From Candidatus Multivoraceae bacterium (lineage in GTDB: Bacteria; Acidobacteriota; Thermoanaerobaculia; Multivoradales; Multivoraceae): DNA of 64,000 nt. The stretch spans positions 2,727,551 to 2,791,550 of the forward strand of contig OZ244782.1 of the NCBI GenBank assembly GCA_965219625.1, written 5' to 3'. A program made the translations under genes and the position numbers. The notes under the pieces are model-generated. The model did not search any database. It was given only the letters and a program-made list of their open reading frames with translations, and was not told the origin of the DNA. This document shows positions 11,059 through 22,722 of this stretch, piece by piece; positions within the stretch are counted from its first letter, which is position 1; the number at the start of each line of letters is the position of its first letter.

Positions 11059-12021
11059 CTAGCCTTCGGACGCAGCGGCGCTCTGCGTTCGAGCCAGTTG
11101 GGGTACGGGCGTGAGCCAGCCGTGCCGGTCGGGGAGACGCCCTTCGACCAGCCCGAAGAACTCCTCCTGCAGGCGGTGGGTGATGGGTCCTCGGCGGCCG
11201 CTGCCGACCTGGATGCGGTCGACCGATCGGACCGGACTCACCTCGGCGGCGGTGCCGGTCATGAACAACTCGTCCGCCACGTAGAGTTCCTCTCGGCTGA
11301 TCGGTCGGAAGTGGACATCGAACTGGAGATCCTGGGCGATGCGGATGACCGAGTCGCGGGTGATGCCGGCCAGGATCGAGCTGTAGAGCGGCGGAGTGAC
11401 GATGACGCCATCCTTGACGAGAAACAGGTTCTCGCCGGCGCCTTCGCAGACCAGACCGCGCTCGTCCAGCATGATTCCCTCGGCGAAGCCGTTGTCGCGG
11501 GCCTCGACGGAGACGAATTGGTTCGTCACGTATTGACCGCTGATCTTGCCGAGCGGCGCCGCGGTGTTCGGGTTGAAGCGCCGCCAGGAACTGACTGCCG
11601 CGTCGACGCCCTGCTCGATTGCCTCCTCGCCCAGATAGCGCCCCCAGCGGACGGCGAAGATGGCGAGTTTCACCGAGCAATCCGTCGGATTCAGGCCCAT
11701 GCTGTCTCCGCCGCGATAGACGAGCGGCCGGATGTAGCACGACTCGAGCTGGTTGCGGACGACGGCCTCGATGCACAGCTCGCTCACCTGGTCCTCGGTG
11801 AATCCGACGTCCATCCGCATGATCCGGCAACTGTCGAACAGCCGCCGGACGTGCGAACCGAGCCGGAAGACTGCGGTCGATTCGCCGGTGTCGTAGGCGC
11901 GGATGCCCTCGAAGACTCCGGAGCCGTACTGCAGGCTGTGCGTCGTCAGATGCACGTTCGCCTCGTCCCAAGGCTTCCACTGGTCGTCGATCCAGATCCA
12001 CTCTGATCGTTCGATGGTCAT
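11059..12021 (-). CDS. ilvE: Branched-chain amino-acid aminotransferase
   Basis: MTIERSEWIWIDDQWKPWDEANVHLTTHSLQYGSGVFEGIRAY (fold-type IV PLP); start at the internal ATG 12021. Confidence 0.85.
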   Translation of the reverse strand: MTIERSEWIWIDDQWKPWDEANVHLTTHSLQYGSGVFEGIRAYDTGESTAVFRLGSHVRRLFDSCRIMRMDVGFTEDQVSELCIEAVVRNQLESCYIRPLVYRGGDSMGLNPTDCSVKLAIFAVRWGRYLGEEAIEQGVDAAVSSWRRFNPNTAAPLGKISGQYVTNQFVSVEARDNGFAEGIMLDERGLVCEGAGENLFLVKDGVIVTPPLYSSILAGITRDSVIRIAQDLQFDVHFRPISREELYVADELFMTGTAAEVSPVRSVDRIQVGSGRRGPITHRLQEEFFGLVEGRLPDRHGWLTPVPQLARTQSAAASEG

Positions 12022-12057
12022 TCCGATTAACTCCAAGGGCCCGCAGGCCTGAGACAA

Positions 12058-12087
12058 AGAAGCCCCCAGGCGTTGCTGGGGGCTTCT
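12058..12087 (-). terminator. Intrinsic terminator / attenuator hairpin upstream of ilvE (12-bp perfect GC-rich stem, 6-nt loop, then UUUGUCUC on the minus strand)
   Basis: AGAAGCCCCCAG-CAACGC-CUGGGGGCUUCU then UUUGUCUC. It lies between the candidate leader ORF stop (12113) and the ilvE ATG (12021). The U-tract is on the minus strand only. Confidence 0.45.
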
Positions 12088-12112
12088 AGTCGCTCGCTGA
12101 CGGTGTTTGCGC

Positions 12113-12322
12113 CTAGTTGGCCCCCTGGACGCCAAGGACCAGAACCAGAAGCAGGACGAGGATGAGCAGGCCGGCGAGACGACCGGCGTCGCTGCTTCGA
12201 CCCGGCAGCGTCTCCGTGACGAGAGCCGCGTGCGACGCTGCTCTGTGCTCCCGCGCGCTCGTCCGCAACTGGGTCTTTCGCGAACTTCGGTACCGCAGCC
12301 TTGGCGCCGCCGAGCGTCTCAT
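12113..12322 (-). CDS. Candidate ilv-leu leader peptide with a C-terminal run of 11 consecutive Leu/Ile/Val codons (LLILVLLLVLV)
   Basis: Minus-strand ORF ...RLAGLLILVLLLVLVLGVQGAN*; the stop is 22 nt upstream of the terminator hairpin. The true start may be an internal GTG/CTG, so the functional leader is probably shorter than 69 aa. Confidence 0.35.
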   Translation of the reverse strand: MRRSAAPRLRYRSSRKTQLRTSAREHRAASHAALVTETLPGRSSDAGRLAGLLILVLLLVLVLGVQGAN

Positions 12323-12579
12323 CGTCCGGTTCGTTCGTTCTTTTTTGGGCGGGGATTCATCAGGCGACCTGCCGTTCGGCAGGTTCAGTCGCGAAAGCGT
12401 AGGAGACGCCCTGAGGGGCTGTCAAGTCGGCCAGCTGTGGAGACACGGGCGCAGGAACGACGTGTCGGCCGTCGGCGATCGCCAGGGCGCTCCGTCTTTC
12501 CGATCCGCAACGTCCCACAAGGACGGGAATCGCCGATATCATCGAGCGTTTACGCGCGCTCCGCGCCCCTGGGTCCCTG

Positions 12580-15500
12580 TTGAAGCTGTTTCCCCGTCTG
12601 GAGTTTCATCGAACCGGCGTCGGTCTGTTGGCGGATCCTCATGATCCGGAGCCCGGTTCGGCGGTTCATCTCGCGAACGTGGCGGGCTCGAAGCGGCCGT
12701 TGACGTTCTGCAGTTGTTCGGCCGGGAGGCGGAGCGGCTGCCGTCACCTGAAGGAGCTCGAGGAGCAGATTCGGGAGTTTCGGCGGGAAACGGGAACGAC
12801 CTGGTTCGATCTGTTCGGGCAAAGCGGCTGGTTTCGATTGGCGCAGACGCTCTTCCAGGAGAATCTGCCGGCGGCGGCGGAGTGCACCGTGTCATGGGAA
12901 GGCGCCGGAACGCCGATTCGGCTGTTTGCGCCGAACGGGGTCGAGGTGCTCGCGTACTCCGAGCAGTCGCCGGCGACGATTCGGTTCCTGGAGCGGATCG
13001 GCAAGCTGGCGCCGGGCATCACCGTCGACGATCGATCGGGGCTGATCGAGCGTCTGTCGACGTTCATGCGGACGCCGGAGGAGCAGCACCTGAACAAGGC
13101 CGGCCTGCAGACGAACCGGCAGTTCTTCGAAGGCAGCCTCTGGTGTCGGGTTGCGTACCATGCGTTGCGGGAATACGGAGATCTTCCGGTCGGCCGCGAT
13201 GGCGATGCTGCGCGGGGCCCGGTCCGCCTGCGGCCCTTGATCGAACGCGCAAGCGGTACGTTGTTCCTGGAACTCCGGGTAGCGCCGGCGCTCGAGCCGC
13301 GGCTGCGCATCGCCGTACCCCGGCGTCGTGCCGCCGAGACCCTCGCGCTCCTTGCCGCGACCGGGTGGGCTCAGGTCATCCCGTTGCCGGCGGCCGACGT
13401 GTTCGCCATCGGCCCGGACACTCGAATCGACGAGAAGATCAGGTTCGACGTGCTGCGGCTCGCCGCCGAGGGCGAAGAGCTCCTCGACGAGCCGGAGCGC
13501 GAGCGCTATCGGTACGGCGACCTGGCGTACATCGACGAGCTGGGCGTGCTCGTCCGCAGGGCGGAGCGGGACGACGATCCCTGGCGCGAACCGGCCGCGC
13601 TCGATCTCGAACCGGCTCGAATTCCCACGTTCAACGCGGAACCGTGCGCCGGAGAGCCGCAGGATCAACTCGATGAGAACCCGCAACCGAGCCTCGGCAT
13701 CCTGACGGAGTACGACTACATCGAGATCGAGCCCGAGCGTGACCCTCAGGCGGCCGGCGAAGGTTCGGCTGTCTCGGACCGCACGGCTCCGTCCGCGGGT
13801 GCCGACGAGAATGGCCTGCTGTCGATTCGCTTTGGATTCGGCGACGAGGAGGTGGCGCTCGACGAACTCCTCGCGGCGAAGCAGGCCGGGATGCCCTTCC
13901 TCGAGACCAGGTCGGGATGGATCGACCTGAACGCTCCGGCACTTCGCAACGTCGGCTCGCTGCCAGGACGGCAGGAGCTGGCCGCGCGTGCCGGACCGGT
14001 CGGCAACGGCGGTGCGCGCGTGCGGATGTCGTCGGCGGAGCTGCTGCGGCTTCAGGCCTCGAGCCAGGCCCCCATTCGGGTCGAGGGAGATGGCCGCAGC
14101 TCGGACTTTCTGCGCCGGTTCCTGAGTCTGCGGCCCGCCGATCCGCTGGTCGAGCCGGATGGATTGAAGAGCGTGCTCCGGCCCTATCAGAAGCTCGGCG
14201 TCGAATGGCTCAAGTTCCTTTACGAGAACGGGCTTGCGGGCCTGCTCTGCGACGACATGGGGCTCGGCAAGACGCATCAGGCAATGGCGCTGATGGTCAT
14301 TCTGCGTGAACAGCTTCGCATCGATCTGCCCTTTCTCGTCGTCTGCCCGCGCACGGTGATCAGCCATTGGCGGAACAAGCTGCGCGAGTACGCTCCAGCG
14401 CTCCATCCGGTGGACTACCACGGGCCGCAGCGCGACCTCGACGAATCCCTGGACCGGGGCGACGTCGTGCTGACGTCGTACGGCGTGCTGCGAAACGACG
14501 TCGAGCGGTTCGCGGATCGTCACTGGGGCTTGGCCGTGTTCGACGAAGTGCAGCAGATCAAGAACCGGAGCACCCAGGGCTACCGGGCCGCGGCGGCGAT
14601 CAACTCGCGGATGAAGTTGGGTCTCACCGGCACGCCGATCGAGAACTCGCTGGTCGAACTGAAGGGTCTGTTCGACCTCGTCCTGCCGGGCTATCTCGGG
14701 GGCGACGACAGCTATCTCGATCTGGTCGGCGGCAACGAACTCGACGCGGATTCCTGGTACGCGGTGAACCTGCGGCGGCTCACCTCTCCCTTCGTGTTGC
14801 GACGGGTGAAGACGGCGGTGCTCGACGAGTTGCCCGAGAAGATCGAGGACACGCGAACCTGTCGCCTGAGCGACGAGCAGCTGCAGATGTATCGGCAGAC
14901 GATCGAATCCCGTGGCCTCGCTCTGATGAAGACCCTCCGCTCGGAGCGCGGTTCCCTGCCCTACATCCACATCTTCGCGCTGCTGAATGCGCTGAAGCAG
15001 ATCTGCGATCATCCGGCGCTCGCCGTGAACGACCTCGACCGCTACGAGAACTACGAATCGGGGAAGTGGGACCTGTGCCGGGATCTGCTGGAAGAGAGTC
15101 TGGACAGCGGCCAGAAGGTCGTCGTGTTCACCCAGTACCTGGGCATGATCGGGATCCTCGAGCGGCATCTCTCACAGCTCGGCATCGACTTCGTCACGTT
15201 GACGGGTTCGACGCGCGAACGCGGGAGAGTCGTCGACCGGTTCAATCTGGACGCCGACTGTCGGGTGTTCCTTGGCAGTCTGAAGGCGGGCGGTACGGGC
15301 ATCGACCTGGTCGGCGGCTCGGTCGTCATCCACTACGACCGCTGGTGGAACGCGGCGCGCGAAGACCAGGCGACCGACCGCCTGCACCGGATCGGGCAGA
15401 AGCGGGCCGTCCACGTTTTCAAGCTGATCACCGAGGACACGATCGAGGAGCGGATTGCCGACATCATCGAGCGCAAGCGGCGGCTGATGGAGAGTGTGGT

Positions 15501-15594
15501 CCAGGAGGACGATCCGGAACTCAAGAAGATCTTCTCCCGCGAGGAGCTCATCGAGCTGCTTCAGGGGCCCGGTCTGGACGACGCGGCGTCGTGA
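12580..15594 (+). CDS. SNF2-family helicase with an N-terminal SWIM zinc finger
   Basis: 1004 aa; FCSCSAGRRSGCRH (CxCx7CxH SWIM); LRPYQKLGVEWLKFLYENGLAGLLCDDMGLGKTHQA (SNF2_N, DEXD), C-terminal HELICc (DRWWNAAREDQATDRLHRIGQ). Confidence 0.85.
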   Translation: MKLFPRLEFHRTGVGLLADPHDPEPGSAVHLANVAGSKRPLTFCSCSAGRRSGCRHLKELEEQIREFRRETGTTWFDLFGQSGWFRLAQTLFQENLPAAAECTVSWEGAGTPIRLFAPNGVEVLAYSEQSPATIRFLERIGKLAPGITVDDRSGLIERLSTFMRTPEEQHLNKAGLQTNRQFFEGSLWCRVAYHALREYGDLPVGRDGDAARGPVRLRPLIERASGTLFLELRVAPALEPRLRIAVPRRRAAETLALLAATGWAQVIPLPAADVFAIGPDTRIDEKIRFDVLRLAAEGEELLDEPERERYRYGDLAYIDELGVLVRRAERDDDPWREPAALDLEPARIPTFNAEPCAGEPQDQLDENPQPSLGILTEYDYIEIEPERDPQAAGEGSAVSDRTAPSAGADENGLLSIRFGFGDEEVALDELLAAKQAGMPFLETRSGWIDLNAPALRNVGSLPGRQELAARAGPVGNGGARVRMSSAELLRLQASSQAPIRVEGDGRSSDFLRRFLSLRPADPLVEPDGLKSVLRPYQKLGVEWLKFLYENGLAGLLCDDMGLGKTHQAMALMVILREQLRIDLPFLVVCPRTVISHWRNKLREYAPALHPVDYHGPQRDLDESLDRGDVVLTSYGVLRNDVERFADRHWGLAVFDEVQQIKNRSTQGYRAAAAINSRMKLGLTGTPIENSLVELKGLFDLVLPGYLGGDDSYLDLVGGNELDADSWYAVNLRRLTSPFVLRRVKTAVLDELPEKIEDTRTCRLSDEQLQMYRQTIESRGLALMKTLRSERGSLPYIHIFALLNALKQICDHPALAVNDLDRYENYESGKWDLCRDLLEESLDSGQKVVVFTQYLGMIGILERHLSQLGIDFVTLTGSTRERGRVVDRFNLDADCRVFLGSLKAGGTGIDLVGGSVVIHYDRWWNAAREDQATDRLHRIGQKRAVHVFKLITEDTIEERIADIIERKRRLMESVVQEDDPELKKIFSREELIELLQGPGLDDAAS

Positions 15595-15609
15595 TGTGAG
15601 GATCGCACC

Positions 15610-17175
15610 TTGACCGCGAACCGCATCGAGCTCTACGACACGACGCTGCGCGACGGCACGCAGCGAGAGAACATCTCGCTCTCGCTGGCCGACAAGCTGG
15701 CCATCGCGAAGCGTCTCGATGCCTTCGGCATTCCGTACATCGAGTGCGGTTGGCCCGGTTCGAACCCGAAGGACGCGGACTTCTTCGAGGCGATTCGCGA
15801 CGTCGAGCTCCGCCAGGCGAAGATCTGCGCCTTCGGCAGCACCCGACGAAAGCACGCGGACTGCGCTCGCGACGGGAACGTGCAGGCTCTCGTGGACGCC
15901 GAGACCCCAACCGTGACGATCGTCGGCAAGAGCTGGGATCTCCATATCGAGAAGGTGCTGGAAACCGACGAGGACGAGAACAGGGCGATGATCGGCGAGA
16001 CGGTCGGGTACCTGAAGCGACTCGGCCGGGAGGTGATCTACGACGCGGAGCACTTCTTCGACGGTTTGGCGGCGAATCCCGATTGCGCTCTCGGCACGCT
16101 CGGGGCCGCCGCCGAGGCTGGCGCCGACTTCGTCGTCCTCTGCGACACGAACGGCGGCGCTCTGCCTTGGCAGATCGAGGCGGGAGTCGAGGCGGCTCGG
16201 GCCGCGCTCGGCGCGAACCAGAAGATCGGCATCCATACCCACGACGACGGCGGTTGCGGCGTCGCGAACTCGCTGGCGGCGGTCCGCGCCGGCGCGGTGA
16301 TGGTCCAGGGCACGGTGAACGGCTACGGCGAGCGGGTAGCGAATGCCAACCTGGTCACGATCCTGCCCGACCTGCAGTTGAAGATGGGTTATGCCTGCGT
16401 AGCCGAAGAGCAGCTTCGCGAACTGACGGGCCTGTCGCGCTACGTCGCCGAGGTCGCGAATGTCGCTCACGACGACCATCTGCCCTACGTCGGTCGGAGC
16501 GCCTTTGCCCACAAGGGTGGCATCCACGTCGCGGCGATGCTGAAGGAGCCGACGAGCTACCAACACCTGGCGCCCGAAGTCGTGGGCAACGAGATGCGCA
16601 CCGTTGTATCGGAGCTCTCGGGCCGCGGCAACATCGTCCATCTGGCCGAGAGCACCGGCGTCGGTGCGGACACGCCCCATGCCCGCGAGGTCCTCCACCG
16701 GGTGAAGGAAATGGAGAACCGCGGCTACAGCTTCGAAGCGGCGACAGCTTCCGTCGAGTTGATGCTCCGTCGCGCCGCATCCGGTTACGAGCCGCCGTTT
16801 CGCCTGATCGACTACCTGACCGTCGTCGAGCACCGCGACGGCCGCGGGCTGGTGGCGGAGGCGACGGTGAAGGTCGAGGTCCGAGGCGGCACGATCGAGC
16901 ACATGGTGTCCGAGGGCAACGGCCCGGTGAACGCCCTCGCGCACGCACTGCGCAAGGCGCTCGTTCCGCACTATCCGGCCATGGCCGACATGCGTCTGGC
17001 CGACTACAAGGTGCGGATACTCGACAGCGCCCAGGGCACCGCCGCGACGACCCGCGTTCTGATCGACTTCGTGCGGGGCGTCGACCGCTGGACCACGGTC
17101 GGCGCCGGCACGAACATCATCGAGGCGAGCTGGGAAGCGCTGTCCGACGCGGTCGAGTTCGGACTCCTGGGGTAG
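15610..17175 (+). CDS. cimA: (R)-citramalate synthase (LeuA paralogue)
   Basis: 521 aa; IELYDTTLRDGTQRENISLS N-terminus typical of CimA / short LeuA-like synthases, C-terminal LeuA_dimer-like region. Confidence 0.75.
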   Translation: MTANRIELYDTTLRDGTQRENISLSLADKLAIAKRLDAFGIPYIECGWPGSNPKDADFFEAIRDVELRQAKICAFGSTRRKHADCARDGNVQALVDAETPTVTIVGKSWDLHIEKVLETDEDENRAMIGETVGYLKRLGREVIYDAEHFFDGLAANPDCALGTLGAAAEAGADFVVLCDTNGGALPWQIEAGVEAARAALGANQKIGIHTHDDGGCGVANSLAAVRAGAVMVQGTVNGYGERVANANLVTILPDLQLKMGYACVAEEQLRELTGLSRYVAEVANVAHDDHLPYVGRSAFAHKGGIHVAAMLKEPTSYQHLAPEVVGNEMRTVVSELSGRGNIVHLAESTGVGADTPHAREVLHRVKEMENRGYSFEAATASVELMLRRAASGYEPPFRLIDYLTVVEHRDGRGLVAEATVKVEVRGGTIEHMVSEGNGPVNALAHALRKALVPHYPAMADMRLADYKVRILDSAQGTAATTRVLIDFVRGVDRWTTVGAGTNIIEASWEALSDAVEFGLLG

Positions 17176-17191
17176 CCGGGCTCGGGAGCGG

Positions 17192-20103
<2,912 letters not shown>

Positions 20104-20107
<4 letters not shown>

Positions 20108-21057
20108 AGCTTCGCGAAGAGCCACGCCACGTAGACCCCGTAGGCTGCCGCGAGGACCGCGCCCCAGGTTCGTCCGATGCTCCGCCCGTGTCGCAACAGG
20201 TAGACGGCGAGGAACATGAGCAGGCTGAACAGGAGCATGACCGAGGCGTCCAGCCCCTCGGCGAGGAAGGTGGTTTCGAAGGGGCGTATGAGCACGGCGG
20301 CGGGAAGGACGAGCAGGATGTTGAACACGTTCGAGCCGATGATGTTCCCGAGCACCAGACCGTGCTCGCGCCGCGCGGCCGCGACCAGACAGCTGGCCAG
20401 CTCCGGCACGCTCGTGCCGAAGGCGACCACCGTCAAACCGATGACCCGCTCGCTGATGCCGAGTTCCTGGGCCAGCTCGACCGCGCCGGGAACCAGCAGT
20501 TCGTCGGCGCCGGCGTAGAGCAGCAGCAACCCGAAGAGGGTGCCGGCGACGGCTTTCGGCCCGTGGACGTTCTGGGATTCGGATTCGCCGACCTCGCCGG
20601 AGCGTGCGAGCACGACGAGAAAGTACGCCATCAACGCGAGGAGCACGACGCCCTCGAACCGGGCCAGGCGACCGAATGCGGTGAAGGTCAGAACGAGCAG
20701 CGACGTGGCGAGCATGAAGGGGAGCTCGCGACGAACCAGCCGGGTCGACTCGCGGCTGCCGTCGCCGACCCCGGGCCGGAGCGGGAAGAGCAGCGCGCAC
20801 ATGCCGAGGATCAGGCCGACGTTCGCCACGTTCGAGCCGACGACGTTCCCGTAAACCAGTCCCGGGGAGTCCCGCAGCGCGGCGCTGACGGCCGCGGCGA
20901 GTTCCGGCGCCGAGGTGCCGAAGGCGACGACCGTGAGTCCGACGACTGTCGGACTCACCCGAAGGAGCGCGGCGAGCCCGGTCACCGAGCGGACGAGGAT
21001 CTCGCCGCCGGCCCAGAGCACGGCAATCCCGAGGGCGATGAGGAGCAGAGAAGTCAA
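20104..21057 (-). CDS. CaCA-family cation/Ca2+ exchanger (YrbG-like)
   Basis: 317 aa, two internal repeats with [11 protein letters not shown] / [11 protein letters not shown] alpha-repeat signatures, ~10 TM segments. Confidence 0.8.
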
Positions 21058-21090
21058 CGGAGTCTTCGCGTGGTCAGAGCAGTCCGCCGG

Positions 21091-22551
21091 TCAGGGGAAG
21101 ATCCCCGCGGAGCTGTACGAGGCAGCCACCTTGTCGATGGCGAGGACCATCGCCGCGGTGCGCAGATCGACTTTCTCGTCGAGCTTCCGCCGGTAGCTGC
21201 GGATGTGATGGTAGGCGGTCGCCATCGTCTCTTCGAGCCCGGAGTTGACCAGGTCGATCTCGTCCGCGCCGCGCGCCAGGAGGTTGATTTCGTCGTGGCT
21301 GAACGTCGCGCCGGTGACGGACGTCATCGCCTGGAGCAGATCGCGGCGGACGCTCTGCTCGAACCGCTTCTGCATGCGGCCGAACCGGACGTGGGAGAGG
21401 TTCTTCAGCCACTCGAAGTAGGACACCGTGACGCCGCCGGCATTCAGGTAGACGTCCGGGACGACCAGGATGCCGCGCTTCGCGGCGGCGGCGCTGGCGT
21501 AGGACGTGGTTGGGCCGTTCGCCGCCTCGGCCAGAAGACGGCAACGCAGCCGGCCGACGTTCTCGCGCGTGATCTGCTTCTCGAGCGCGGCCGGCACGAG
21601 AATGTCGCAATCGAGTTCGAGCGCCTTGCGGCTGGGCTCGATGTTCGCTGCGCCCGGAAAGTCGAGGATCGAGCCGGTGCGTCGCCGATGCTCGAGCACA
21701 TCGTCGATGTCGAGCCCCTCCTCGGAGGAGATGGCGCCTTCGTACTCGGCGAGACCGACGAGCAGCGCGCCGGCGCCCTGCAGGTATTTCGCCGCGTGGT
21801 AGCCGACGTTGCCCAGCCCCTGGATGACGATCCGTTTGCCTTCGACGCCGGGCTGAAGCCCGATCTTCGCCATGTCCTCCTTGAACGAGCAGGCCTCGCG
21901 AATGCCGAAGAACACGCCCAGGCCGGTGGCCGCCGTGCGGCCGCGGATGCCGCCGTGTTCGACCGGCTTGCCGGTGACGCAGGCGGCGACGTTCACCTCG
22001 CCGTGCTCGATCTGAGCGTAGGTGTCGGCGATCCAGGCCATTTCCTGTTCGCCGGTACCGTAGTCGGGCGCCGGCACGTCCTTGCCGGGGCCGATGAACG
22101 ACTTGCGTTGAAGCTCGGCGGTGTAGCGGCGGGTGAGTCGCTCGAGTTCGCCCGCGGAGTAGTTGTTGCGGTCAATCCGCACGCCGCCCTTCGCGCCGCC
22201 GAACGGGACGTCGACGAGGGCGCACTTGTACGTCATCAGCGCCGCGAGCGCCATGACTTCATCCTCGTTCACGTTCATCGCGTAGCGGATGCCGCCCTTG
22301 GTCGGCAACCGGTGATGGCTGTGTTCGGCGCGCCAAGCGTGGATGACCTCGATGCTCCCGTCGTCCCGACGTAGCGGAAAGCTCATCCGGTAGACCGAGT
22401 TGACCCACTTGACCTGCTCGAGCAGGGTCGGATCATGGTTCGTGTGCTTCGCTGCCAGGTCGAACGCCACGTTGACCTGGTCGAAGAAGCCCATCTGGTG
22501 CGCAGGGCTCTTTCTCGCCGTCGACTTCGACTTCGCTGCCGCGACCGTCAC
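21091..22551 (-). CDS. gdhA: Glutamate dehydrogenase (Glu/Leu/Phe/Val dehydrogenase family)
   Basis: KGGIRYAMNVNEDEVMALAALMTYKCALVDVPFGGAKGG; GLGNVGYHAAKYL Rossmann motif; the start may be an internal Met. Confidence 0.85.
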   Translation of the reverse strand: MTVAAAKSKSTARKSPAHQMGFFDQVNVAFDLAAKHTNHDPTLLEQVKWVNSVYRMSFPLRRDDGSIEVIHAWRAEHSHHRLPTKGGIRYAMNVNEDEVMALAALMTYKCALVDVPFGGAKGGVRIDRNNYSAGELERLTRRYTAELQRKSFIGPGKDVPAPDYGTGEQEMAWIADTYAQIEHGEVNVAACVTGKPVEHGGIRGRTAATGLGVFFGIREACSFKEDMAKIGLQPGVEGKRIVIQGLGNVGYHAAKYLQGAGALLVGLAEYEGAISSEEGLDIDDVLEHRRRTGSILDFPGAANIEPSRKALELDCDILVPAALEKQITRENVGRLRCRLLAEAANGPTTSYASAAAAKRGILVVPDVYLNAGGVTVSYFEWLKNLSHVRFGRMQKRFEQSVRRDLLQAMTSVTGATFSHDEINLLARGADEIDLVNSGLEETMATAYHHIRSYRRKLDEKVDLRTAAMVLAIDKVAASYSSAGIFP

Positions 22552-22722
22552 GAGATCATCCTCATCGATCCTCTGTCCTCCCGACTCGCGGGAGATGAAC
22601 CCGCATCCGCGTCAACCTATGCCCGCTGCGGGATCTCGTCAATCCGGCTCCGCGCCCGCGGGACTCTTCAACGCCGTCCTACCGCTGGCCGCGGGGCACG
22701 CTCTCAGGCTGCGGCGCGCGGT

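Noticed and set aside
9202-12006. 934-aa plus-strand ORF, and similar very long ORFs (12892..15168 -, 15172..16971 -, 17264..19579 +, 20188..22374 +, 27782..30181 +, 30150..32078 -, 33048..34616 -, 39285..41942 +, 41518..42951 +, 59383..60360 -, upper part of 52260..55358 -)
   Set aside because: All are antisense to well-supported genes (ilvB/ilvE, SNF2, cimA, gcvP, CaCA/gdh, Mo-oxidoreductase, FG-GAP, dnaE2, TPR, SDR, MMPL). They are Arg/Pro/Gly-rich with no motifs: typical stop-codon-poor shadow ORFs of a high-GC genome.
17176-17191. Convergent cimA/gcvP junction examined for a bidirectional terminator
   Set aside because: The genes are only 16 nt apart and there is no convincing stem-loop or U-tract.
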